Source: Rhodobacter capsulatus SB 1003 | GTDB taxonomy: Bacteria; Pseudomonadota; Alphaproteobacteria; Rhodobacterales; Rhodobacteraceae | DNA length: 32,000 nucleotides | Assembly (NCBI RefSeq): GCF_000021865.1 | Contig: NC_014034.1 | Location: 2,250,001-2,282,000, forward strand | Reading direction: 5' to 3' | In this document: positions 12,916-21,328 of the stretch, one piece after another | Layout of the letters: each line of letters opens with the position of its first letter | How positions within the stretch are numbered: position 1 is the stretch's first letter | Notes under the pieces: generated by a model | Databases searched by the model: none | What the model was told of the DNA's origin: nothing | Seen by the model: the letters and a program-made list of their open reading frames with translations, nothing else | Position numbers and translations under genes: made by a program

Positions 12916-15216
12916 TTACAAAGCTTTAACCTTTGCCATCAAAGATGAAGTGGAAGTGTTTGGACCATTGATGATCGCAAGCGCATCGGCGTTTTTGGTT
13001 CTATTTGGTATAAGAATTGTGCGGCGATCAATATAAACATCCTGAGCGTATCCTTCTGCTTTTATTACAACGACAATCGGCTCGACATGTTTTGTCAAAC
13101 TCGCAGGAAGCCCCCGACGCAAGGCGCTGTACTGTCTTCCAGTTCCACTTTGTATGAAAAGTTTTCGCAATATAGTAAGCAAGACTTTAACTTCGTCTTT
13201 GAGCGGCGAGCGCATCACGGCATCATTCGTAGCGGTAAATGTCGCGTACTGCTCAACCGATGATGTGCCGGTCAAAATACCAGCAGGAACATCGCTCTGG
13301 GATGCCGCCCCCTCAATCTTTCCGATAAGACAGTCGTGGAACCGAGGGAAATTGCTTGCATCTTTTGCCGCACTCGATCGACCGAGCTCTATGGTGTCAA
13401 AAATACACCTCGCGAAGGATATCTTTGAGAAATCCAACTCGGGATCCACAGTTACAGTTCCAAAGTTCGCATCTTGGATAGTTAACGGTGCCCCGCTATA
13501 GCTAAGTTGGTGATCCATTAAGATCGAGATTAGGTCTGCGCATGTCGTCGCCAACTCAGAACGGTCACTTGCTTTAAGCAACGCAATCGAGACCCTGGAA
13601 ATAGCATCATCTGTGCGCGACGCAACCATCTCCCTCCCGAGTTCGCGCAAAGCCACCGACACATTATCCAAAGATGATTTCATAACGAAAGGAGCTTCGA
13701 TGTAACGGCTTAGATCACCACTCGCTGCTGCATCAGCAAAATCAGCATCAATAAACTCGCGGGCTCCGGGACGTCCAGGAACTGACCCTAGCCCAGGCAA
13801 ACGACAAGTTAAAAGATTGGCGGGTTCATCCGTATCACGTCCAAAAACCTTCCTGAATACGCTTCGCAAATCGCTATCTTGCAGACCACGTCCATCTGGA
13901 GACTTGCGAGCACGTGTCGCCAAACCTTCAATGAAAAGACGGAGATCACTAGCTTCAAAGCCTACCCCCCATACTTGGCTAACTTCGCGAGCGCATACTC
14001 GATGAAGCATCTGCTCCCAGCCGCTACTGGGTGAAAGCGCTAACGCCTCGTCCTCTCCCTTTAGTAATCCGGCATTCGCTAGGTAGCCTAACAAGAGTGG
14101 GCGAGTAGGAAGCCAACCCGGCAACATAGTTCCTTTGGCCTTAAGAAATTTTTCAATATCACTATCTGTAAAGCCGGCGAGATCAAATACTTGCGAGGCT
14201 GAATTGTAACCAAGTGCACTCTTGGCTTCTTCACGTCCATCAAAGTAGCTTTCTCGTCCGGCAATGATAATAGGAGCCTCAGAAGGGGTTTGCTCTATAA
14301 ACCTCCGAACGAGTTCAACTGCAAAGCGGCGCGCTTGTCGAAGCGTGAGAGCTGAAGATGCAAACTGAGGTGGCGTTAACTCGTCGAACCCATCGAGGAA
14401 CAAAGTAACGAAGCCTGCACGCCAAGCGGATATCAAGCTGTGGGGTTCAGGGAAGCCGACTTTCTCTGCATGTCGGTAAAGTGCCTCATCAGGTTGAGTT
14501 TGCGCGATATGCTCCCGAAGATTCAAGTAAATTGGGCATCTGATAATATCTCCAGACGCAAATCTATCGCGAACTCTAAAATATATATCGCGCAGCGTCA
14601 TGCTCTTTCCGGAACCGTAGTCTCCATAAATCACATACTGCCCACCACTTTCTATTCTTGCAGCTAGGTCCGATGCACGAATGGATTCTCCAGTATTTTC
14701 ACGACTTAGCGCTGTAGGAATGTACTCAGAGGGTGGAACCCTGTGATCAGACTCGTTCGCTGGATTTCTAACGCTGCCGAACGAGTGATCGCCACGGATT
14801 CGAATGTAATGTCTGGCATCAAACAACCTTGAAAATAATGTCGTGAATGATATTATCTCTTTTGGGCAACCAGCCTTCGCTGACTTTACATGAGCAGCTT
14901 GATCTGCGGTGGGGTCTTCCGCGGTCACAAGCATGATACGGAAATTATATTCAGAAAAATTATTTGAACCTCGGAGTTTTTTGACGAGATCGATACTTTT
15001 GCTCAAGTCGTACTCAGTCTTCGATAGCTTTCTAGACTGCGTCGCCTCCACTACGATAAGTTCGGTTCCGGTGTCGATTATTTCATCACGTTCTCGCCCG
15101 TCGAGCTTGATGGAGCCAGTTGAATCGCTATGCCTATAAAGCTGTCGTGTGACCTGTCGGACCGACGCCTCAAATTCAGTGGAATTCTGTGTATCACATA
15201 CAAAATCAGGCATCAC
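12916..15216 (-). CDS. NACHT/STAND-type P-loop NTPase with an N-terminal nuclease-like module and a large C-terminal region (candidate bacterial NLR-like defence protein)
   Basis: - 766 aa.
- Walker A is GDYGSGKS.
- The NACHT-style Walker B is TLFLDGFDELT.
- The N-terminal ~130 aa has LDGRERDEIID...ELIVVEATQSRK, possibly a PD-(D/E)xK-like nuclease module.
- A GGAGG Shine-Dalgarno sequence precedes the ATGATG start.
- The gene is strongly AT-rich compared with all flanking DNA. Confidence 0.8.
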   Translation of the reverse strand: MMPDFVCDTQNSTEFEASVRQVTRQLYRHSDSTGSIKLDGRERDEIIDTGTELIVVEATQSRKLSKTEYDLSKSIDLVKKLRGSNNFSEYNFRIMLVTAEDPTADQAAHVKSAKAGCPKEIISFTTLFSRLFDARHYIRIRGDHSFGSVRNPANESDHRVPPSEYIPTALSRENTGESIRASDLAARIESGGQYVIYGDYGSGKSMTLRDIYFRVRDRFASGDIIRCPIYLNLREHIAQTQPDEALYRHAEKVGFPEPHSLISAWRAGFVTLFLDGFDELTPPQFASSALTLRQARRFAVELVRRFIEQTPSEAPIIIAGRESYFDGREEAKSALGYNSASQVFDLAGFTDSDIEKFLKAKGTMLPGWLPTRPLLLGYLANAGLLKGEDEALALSPSSGWEQMLHRVCAREVSQVWGVGFEASDLRLFIEGLATRARKSPDGRGLQDSDLRSVFRKVFGRDTDEPANLLTCRLPGLGSVPGRPGAREFIDADFADAAASGDLSRYIEAPFVMKSSLDNVSVALRELGREMVASRTDDAISRVSIALLKASDRSELATTCADLISILMDHQLSYSGAPLTIQDANFGTVTVDPELDFSKISFARCIFDTIELGRSSAAKDASNFPRFHDCLIGKIEGAASQSDVPAGILTGTSSVEQYATFTATNDAVMRSPLKDEVKVLLTILRKLFIQSGTGRQYSALRRGLPASLTKHVEPIVVVIKAEGYAQDVYIDRRTILIPNRTKNADALAIINGPNTSTSSLMAKVKAL

Positions 15217-15721
15217 ACCTCCAAACTCTGCTGTTCAGCATGCATGATCTTCAAGTTGAACGCAATGAGTCTGTACTTCTATTCAAATTATTATAAACCC
15301 CACATAGAGGATTAAGTGGCGCTTTGTGTGTAACTTTTCAAGCGCAATGAAACACACTAATTAACCAATTACTACTCCGCGCAGATAGGATGATCTTGCA
15401 AACGTTCGGCGTAACGCAAGCCTCGGGGACCTTGCCCTGTACCTGCTGCTGATCTCTCCGGTCCGCTCTGACTAGAGGCCGCCAGTTCCAACGACAGCTC
15501 CGTCCCGCATCAGCGACATTCGCCCAAGATTTTGCTGCGCTGAATGCTAGCCGACCGCTGTGAGGAAGCCGCACCGCCGCATAAACCCATTCTCGACCAG
15601 TCGGCAAGGGCCGACGACCTGCGTTTCATCATGATGGGCCAGCTGACCAAGCTGACGCCGACGCCACAAACGGCCTGATGCTCTCATGCTGGATTGTCGG
15701 CAGTAAGCTCTGCGTCGAGAT

Positions 15722-17368
15722 TCAGGGCGTACAGAAATCCGGCAAGGCCCGCTCAGGCAACATCACCCCGGACAGGGACAGGGCAATGATCGCAGTCGGC
15801 CCCGCAGTGTTGTCGCCCTCCGGCTTCGTCGGTAAGCGGATTTCCACCCTGGGCGCAAGGCCGGATCCCTCTGCCAAGGTCGAGAAGACATTGATCGATG
15901 CCGAGCCGGTGAAAGTCCGATTCCGATGCTTCCAGCCGCGATCCTGGACAAGTTCCAGAGCGACGCGCACCGAGGGTGCAATCCGGGTGGCCTCTCCGGC
16001 ACCGGCGTGCAGCACATATCCGCCCGCGGTGTTCGCCGCGGCCCAGTCGAAGACGATCTCCTCCGTTCCCAGCGTCAGTTTACCCCAAGCTTCCTGCTCT
16101 TCGCGCAGCCCCGGGGGAACCTCCACCGTCACGGTAATGCTCCCCACGACCTGGGGACGCAGTTGGTCCGGATCGGCGGGGATCGCCTGTTCCATCCCTT
16201 CGACCCATGGGGCCAGCAGGTGGTCCCGAGCTTGCGCCCGCAACCCTTGCTCCAATGCCGCAACCTGTGCCGGAGACCGTGCCTGAAGGTTGTCCCGCAT
16301 CCCGGTGTAGTGCACCAGCAGCGACCCGGCGGTCTTGCAGGCGAGTTGCCTGTCAGCATCCGCCAATTCGGACAGCGCGACCTCCCCCACCGCGACCTTC
16401 GCCGCGCTGCCACGCTCCTTCCCCCGCTCGGCCAGCATCGCTTCCAGCACCTTACGGGTCTCTGCCTTGTGCTCATCGATCAGGGCGCGCAGTTCCTTCT
16501 CGAAATCGTCGCGCTTGAGGTAATCCTCTAGCTTGATCATGGCGACATCCGTGCCGACCCAAGCGATCCCCGCCCCGATCAGGCCGCAGGCCGCCGCCCC
16601 AGGACCGGTCCAGGAACAGACGGCCGCACCGGTCCCGCCGCCGACCAACGTGGCCGCCCATTTCGTCCCGGTCTTGGCCGCCACTTTCGCCGCCAGCTTG
16701 ACGCCCAGTTTCGTGGCGAAAACCTTGGTCATGCCCTTCAGCGCAACCGCTTCCAGCGCCACCATGCCCCCTGTCTTCGTGATCCGACTCTTGCTGTCCT
16801 TCAGCGCCCCGGCGACCACCGGCCCGAGTGCCTCGGCTCCACCCGGCAGTCCTGCCATCGCCCTGTCCACCACGCCTAAGTATCTTTGATCGAATTCCCG
16901 GCCCAGATCCGCCGCAACCGAGTCCAACCGCTTGTCCAAGCCGGCGAACATGTACTTGTCCAGACCGGAGGATATCTCCCCGATTGCCGCCGCGCCCAGT
17001 TCCAGCCATTCGCCCTTCAGCGAATAGTGGAAATCCATATAGGCCGGGATCCCCGCATAGACCGGCGCATAGGCCTTATCCAGCATCGGGTCGATCTCGG
17101 CCCGGACCTTGGCTGCTTCCTTCCCCGCCATGGCAAACCAGTGTTCCACCTGCGTCGCCTTGGCTTCGGCTTCGGCGGCGGTCTGGCTGGCGGCCTCGCC
17201 TTCACCCTCGGCGCGCTGCTTTCCCAGTTGCAAGCGGGCCGCGAAGTGCAGTGCCAGCGTGATCATCAGAAGGACCGCGATGGTTCCCCAGAACCAGTGC
17301 GACGCCTTCAGCCGCTTCGCGGCCGGCCTGCCGGAAGCTTGAGCTGGGTCTTTCGGGTTCGTGTCCAT
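15722..17368 (-). CDS. Hypothetical membrane protein (N-terminal TM, coiled-coil, Lys/Ala-rich amphipathic segment, Gly-zipper TM, beta-rich C-terminal domain)
   Basis: 548-aa ORF with host-like GC. Predicted TM segments are WFWGTIAVLLMITLALHFAA and TLVGGGTGAAVCSWTGPGAAACGLIGAGIAWVG. Its start ATG overlaps the stop of the upstream gene (ATGA at 17368). I recognise no family. Confidence 0.6.
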   Translation of the reverse strand: MDTNPKDPAQASGRPAAKRLKASHWFWGTIAVLLMITLALHFAARLQLGKQRAEGEGEAASQTAAEAEAKATQVEHWFAMAGKEAAKVRAEIDPMLDKAYAPVYAGIPAYMDFHYSLKGEWLELGAAAIGEISSGLDKYMFAGLDKRLDSVAADLGREFDQRYLGVVDRAMAGLPGGAEALGPVVAGALKDSKSRITKTGGMVALEAVALKGMTKVFATKLGVKLAAKVAAKTGTKWAATLVGGGTGAAVCSWTGPGAAACGLIGAGIAWVGTDVAMIKLEDYLKRDDFEKELRALIDEHKAETRKVLEAMLAERGKERGSAAKVAVGEVALSELADADRQLACKTAGSLLVHYTGMRDNLQARSPAQVAALEQGLRAQARDHLLAPWVEGMEQAIPADPDQLRPQVVGSITVTVEVPPGLREEQEAWGKLTLGTEEIVFDWAAANTAGGYVLHAGAGEATRIAPSVRVALELVQDRGWKHRNRTFTGSASINVFSTLAEGSGLAPRVEIRLPTKPEGDNTAGPTAIIALSLSGVMLPERALPDFCTP

Positions 17369-18129
17369 TATGCCTCTCTATCGTAATGCGTGTCTATGAA
17401 ATTGGTGACAACCACGCCCGCCCGCGCGACAAGGAACCCGAACAATGCCGCATCGAGGTTGAACACCAGAGCAACCAGCGGATAGTCGCGCAACTGCACC
17501 ACTAGCCACAGCTTCGCCGCCTTGACCGCATAGCAGAAGGCCAGGACCTCGGCGATCCAGCCCGGCCTTTCCGGAAGCGCATCAAACCCCGACTGCACCG
17601 CCTCGGAAAACGTGGCATCGAGCATCGAAAGGGGAACGCTCGTCGTCCGCCAGGAAACAAGGAACAGGACGATGGCGAAAGGGAGACCGACCAGCCAGGC
17701 ACTGGACCCCAGGGTAAGTATCCGGTCGAACGGCGGCATGAAATGGCCACCGACGCCCCCCCTTGCCCAGAGAAACAGCCAGGCGCTCGAGTACACCAGC
17801 CCGAGCAGAATGGCTGCCTCGGCCGCCGACATGTTCAACACCTGCCAAGCCAGGAAGGGAACCAGCGCCCCCACCAGCAAGGTCGATGAGAAGAAGGCCA
17901 GGATCCGCCCGGACAACCAGCGCGACAGCCAGGACTCTGGCTTCAGCACGATCGCGCGTTCGGCCAGCCAGTGATCGATTACCAGCGACCAGTTCCCCAA
18001 GAAGATCATTGCGGCCAGTAGCAGAAGCCAAAGGACTGCCAGGTCCGAAAAGGCGTAACTTAAGCGCCAGAGGTAAAGCAGAAGCCCCGAAAGGAGAGAT
18101 GTCGCCAAGGAGATGGAAAGGTTTCTCAT
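17368..18129 (-). CDS. Hypothetical polytopic inner-membrane protein (about 6-7 TM segments)
   Basis: 253 aa, very hydrophobic (LLSGLLLYLW, LAVLWLLLLAAMIFL, ILAFFSSTLLVGALVPFLAW, ...). It is translationally coupled to the 548-aa ORF. I recognise no family. Confidence 0.6.
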   Translation of the reverse strand: MRNLSISLATSLLSGLLLYLWRLSYAFSDLAVLWLLLLAAMIFLGNWSLVIDHWLAERAIVLKPESWLSRWLSGRILAFFSSTLLVGALVPFLAWQVLNMSAAEAAILLGLVYSSAWLFLWARGGVGGHFMPPFDRILTLGSSAWLVGLPFAIVLFLVSWRTTSVPLSMLDATFSEAVQSGFDALPERPGWIAEVLAFCYAVKAAKLWLVVQLRDYPLVALVFNLDAALFGFLVARAGVVVTNFIDTHYDREA

Positions 18130-18284
18130 TCAACCAATGACCCAATTGCTCCCAAGGCCCGGTCATTGGGAGATCTTACAATGCAGCTTACGCGCGAGCA
18201 AATTCGGCGCAATAGTCTCTTTGGCCTGCTGCCGGTTCTGTCGACACGGATATAGGTCCGTAATCAAGGAACTGGAGAGACAGA

Positions 18285-18440
18285 ATGACGAGACGGAAGT
18301 ATAGCCTTCAGTTCTAACCTTAGGCCGCCAGACTGGTGACGGACCGCGATCGGACCCTCATCGTCGCTGACCGCCAGCTTTTCCCGCCCAACTGATCTGC
18401 TTGCCGGGTATTTGCGACGGAGCAAGGCAAACGGCGGCAT
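18285..18440 (+). pseudogene. IS3-family OrfA remnant with in-frame stops
   Basis: A GGAG Shine-Dalgarno sequence is followed by ATG and MTRRKYSLQF*P*AARLVTDRDRTLIVADRQLFPPN*. This resembles the usual IS3 OrfA start MTRRKYS.EFK.EAARLVT.... Confidence 0.45.
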
Positions 18441-18676
18441 TCGGGAATGCGGCCACGCAGCATTCGCCGAGTCCGACCGTCTGCTTTGGGCCGGATACGT
18501 CCGCGCTCCCCCCCGCCGGTCCGCCAGAGGACAACGCGCGATCCGCGGCCGGACGCGCGCCGCTTCGCCCGGACCGGGCCGTTCGATCGTCGCGCGCACC
18601 AGGTCTCCTCCTGCCCGCAGGATCGGGCGCCCCGCAGGAATGTCACACCCGCAGGGCGCCGCAGTCACGGTCGCGT

Positions 18677-19147
18677 TCAGGCCGCGTCGTAGTGGGCAAA
18701 GATCCGGGTTTGCCCGTCCGCCGTGATCAGATGCACGTCATAGGCCTCGCGTTGATCCTCGGGGCCCATGCCGGGGGCGCCAAGCGGCATGCCCGGCACC
18801 GCCAGCCCCAGCGCCGCGGGGCGCTCGGCCAGCAGGCGACGGATGTCGGCGGGGGGAACGTGGCCCTCGATCACATAGCCCTCGACCCGGGCGGTGTGAC
18901 ACGAGCGCATCGGCTCGGGGATGCCGCTTTGCCCCTTGAGCGCCTGCAGCGCGTCATAGTCGATCACCTGTGTCGTCACGGCAAAGCCGTCGGCGCGCAG
19001 AATATCGATCCAGGCCTCGCAGCAGCCGCAATCGGGGTCCTTGACGACAGTGATCGCCACTGGCGCGGCGGCGCGCAGCGGTGCGCTGGCAAGGCACCCG
19101 GCGACAAGGGCCAGAACGGTGCGGCGGGACAGGTCATGCTTGGTCAT
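18677..19147 (-). CDS. DUF411 / CopG-like periplasmic metal-binding protein
   Basis: 156 aa with a signal peptide, a DPDCGCCEAW cysteine motif, and AVPGMPLGAPGM. It lies directly downstream of the multicopper oxidase. Confidence 0.8.
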   Translation of the reverse strand: MTKHDLSRRTVLALVAGCLASAPLRAAAPVAITVVKDPDCGCCEAWIDILRADGFAVTTQVIDYDALQALKGQSGIPEPMRSCHTARVEGYVIEGHVPPADIRRLLAERPAALGLAVPGMPLGAPGMGPEDQREAYDVHLITADGQTRIFAHYDAA

Positions 19148-19160
19148 ATTCGTTTCCCCC

Positions 19161-20636
19161 TCAGGCGCTGACGACGAATTCGGTCATCATGCCGGTCGCA
19201 AGATGGCCCATGTGGTGACAATGCAGCATCCAGGGCGCGGCTTCCCCCGCATCCAGCGCCACCGTCACGCTGCCCATCGGCGGCACCGAAACGGTGTCGC
19301 GCAGCGCCCCCGCGATGCGGGTGCCGTTCACCGCGATCACCTGAAAGACATGGCCGTGCAGATGCATCGGATGCGCCATCATCGACATGTTGTGAAACAT
19401 CATCTCGACCCGCTCGCCCGATTTCGCCCCGATCGGACGGCGGTTATCCCAGCTGCGCCCGTCGATCGTCCATTGATAGGGCAGCATCGACCCCGTCAGC
19501 ATCACCATCGGCTGCGCCGTGGCAGGCCGGGGGGCGAGCGGCGTGACGGCGCGCAGCGCCATCTCCTGCGCCATGTCCCCCGAGACTGCCGGATGCGGCT
19601 CGTCAGAGACATCCGCGAGTTTCGGCACCGCGGCCCCTTTCGGCGCCAGGATCAGCCCGGTACGCTCGCGCGTGCCTTCACGCAGCGCAAGGATCGGCAC
19701 GGCAGTGCCGTCTTCGACCAAGTCGATCTCGATGTCGAGCCGCTGGCCGGGCGAGATCGCAAACCGCCTGCCGGGCAGCGGCACCACCGGGTTGCCATCG
19801 ACCGCGACAAGCCGTGCCGCAGCCGCGCCGGTGTCGATCCAGAAGGCCGTCATCGACGCCCCGTCGATCACCCGCAGCCGCAACCGGCCGCCGTTTTCGA
19901 CCCTCACCACCTCGGGATCGGCGAGCGTCCGGTCGTTCGCCAGATAGGCGTCGAATTCGTAATCGTTCAGATCCATCGAGAGGCCGCCCTCCATCGCGGC
20001 GTGCATCTCGGCCATGCCGGGAAGCGACATCATGTCCGCCATGCCGTCCATGCCCTGCATGGGCGTGGCGGAATGGTCCATGGCGCCGTGATCCATCGCC
20101 GTGCCGCCACTGACCGTCTCGAGCACTTCCTGCGGGGTCGCAAAGGCGAAATCATGCAAGAGCATCACCACCTCCTGCCGGTCCTCGGCCAGCTCTTCGG
20201 GGCGGCGCACGATCAGGGGCGCGGCCAGAAGACCGATTTCCTGATCGGGGATGTGGCTGTGCATCCAGAACGTGCCCGGGCGGGCCTCGAAATCGAAGCT
20301 GCGGGTCTGGCCCGGTTTCAGCATCGGGTTGGTGTTCGGCACGCCATCCTGGGCATTGGGCGGGATCTGGCCGTGCCAATGCACGATGGTCTCGATGTCG
20401 AGGGCATTCGTCAGATCGGTGCGGAAGCGCTGGCCCGGATCAAGGCGCAGGCCGGACCGGCCCTGCGCATCCAAAAGGCCCATCACCGTGGCGGCGCGGC
20501 CATTCACCTCGATCACCCGCGTCGTGGCGGTGAGCGAAAAGCTGTCGGCCGCCGCCCGGGCGCGGGCAGGCACAAGGGGGAGCGCGGCAAAGGCCGCAGA
20601 AGCGGCCAGAAAGCCGCGGCGGGAAAGCTGAGTCAT
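19161..20636 (-). CDS. copA: Multicopper oxidase (CopA/PcoA-type copper resistance oxidase), Tat-exported
   Basis: The Tat motif is MTQLSRRGFLAASAAF. The copper ligand motifs are HWHG, WMHSH, HPMHLHGH and HCHHMGHLATGMM. A Met/His-rich segment is also present. The start was chosen at 20636, preceded by a GGAG Shine-Dalgarno sequence. Confidence 0.9.
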   Translation of the reverse strand: MTQLSRRGFLAASAAFAALPLVPARARAAADSFSLTATTRVIEVNGRAATVMGLLDAQGRSGLRLDPGQRFRTDLTNALDIETIVHWHGQIPPNAQDGVPNTNPMLKPGQTRSFDFEARPGTFWMHSHIPDQEIGLLAAPLIVRRPEELAEDRQEVVMLLHDFAFATPQEVLETVSGGTAMDHGAMDHSATPMQGMDGMADMMSLPGMAEMHAAMEGGLSMDLNDYEFDAYLANDRTLADPEVVRVENGGRLRLRVIDGASMTAFWIDTGAAAARLVAVDGNPVVPLPGRRFAISPGQRLDIEIDLVEDGTAVPILALREGTRERTGLILAPKGAAVPKLADVSDEPHPAVSGDMAQEMALRAVTPLAPRPATAQPMVMLTGSMLPYQWTIDGRSWDNRRPIGAKSGERVEMMFHNMSMMAHPMHLHGHVFQVIAVNGTRIAGALRDTVSVPPMGSVTVALDAGEAAPWMLHCHHMGHLATGMMTEFVVSA

Positions 20637-20673
20637 GATGATCTCCGGTTCAAGAATGGGAACGTGGCGAAGA

Positions 20674-21030
20674 TCAGAGGCGGGGCGGCGGCCCCTCCGG
20701 TTCGGGGGAAAGCAGCGCCAGCCGCAACGGAACCGCAGGCGGAACAAGGCGCGAGATGCGCTCTGCCCTTGCGGCGGGCTGCATCGGTTCGGGCGTCAGC
20801 GAGGCGCCCAGACAATGCTGCAGGCAGCCTTCCGGCGCGAAGGTGGTGGTCTTGGGCGACGGTTTCGCATCGGGGACCATCGCATGATGGCCCGCGCCCC
20901 TGCCCTGCGCGCAATCGGCGCCGGGATGCGGACAGGCCTCCGGCGCGGCGACCACGGGCGCAACCGCGCCAAGCGCCGCCAGAAAGACGACGATCAGGCT
21001 GAGGCGAAGCAGGGCGCACAGAATCCGCAT
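20674..21030 (-). CDS. Hypothetical exported Cys/His-containing protein upstream of copA
   Basis: It has a signal-like N-terminus (MRILCALLRLSLIVVFLAALGAVAPVVAA) followed by CPHPGADC...GHHAM...CLQHC. The start is uncertain and no clear Shine-Dalgarno sequence is present. Confidence 0.45.
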   Translation of the reverse strand: MRILCALLRLSLIVVFLAALGAVAPVVAAPEACPHPGADCAQGRGAGHHAMVPDAKPSPKTTTFAPEGCLQHCLGASLTPEPMQPAARAERISRLVPPAVPLRLALLSPEPEGPPPRL

Positions 21031-21328
21031 GGGAGGAGCATGGCACGGGGCGGGGCCGTTGTCAGGTGACGATTTCAGGAGCGATGCGTTGCGGCAATCC
21101 CGGTTCCCTTCAGCCATGACGCCGCGGCATCACGGTCAGCCCCGGATCTCGCGCTGGTGCTGACCGGGGCGAATGCGGGCAAGGCTTCCCGCCGCCGTTG
21201 CGCTTGCCTCCGCTGGGTCCCCGAAGCTGGCCCCGGACCGAAACGTCGCAGGGGTGGTCCAGCCCTTACCGATCCTGCCGAATTGTGCCTAGCTTCGCCC
21301 CAGCCTGCACTGAAAGGGATGCACAGCA

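Noticed and set aside
15338-15607. An 89-aa minus-strand ORF between the NACHT gene and the membrane operon.
   Set aside because: It has no motif, no ribosome-binding site, and straddles the AT-rich/GC-rich compositional boundary. I treat it as noncoding or remnant DNA.
18149-18160. ctcccaaggccc as the displaced original 3' end of the tRNA (expected ...tcccaggcccacca), which would place the island end at ~18.16 kb.
   Set aside because: It is only an imperfect ~11-nt match with an extra base and no ACCA or T-loop sequence. It is also part of the spacer of the 18134-18169 palindrome. The evidence is too weak to call an att site.
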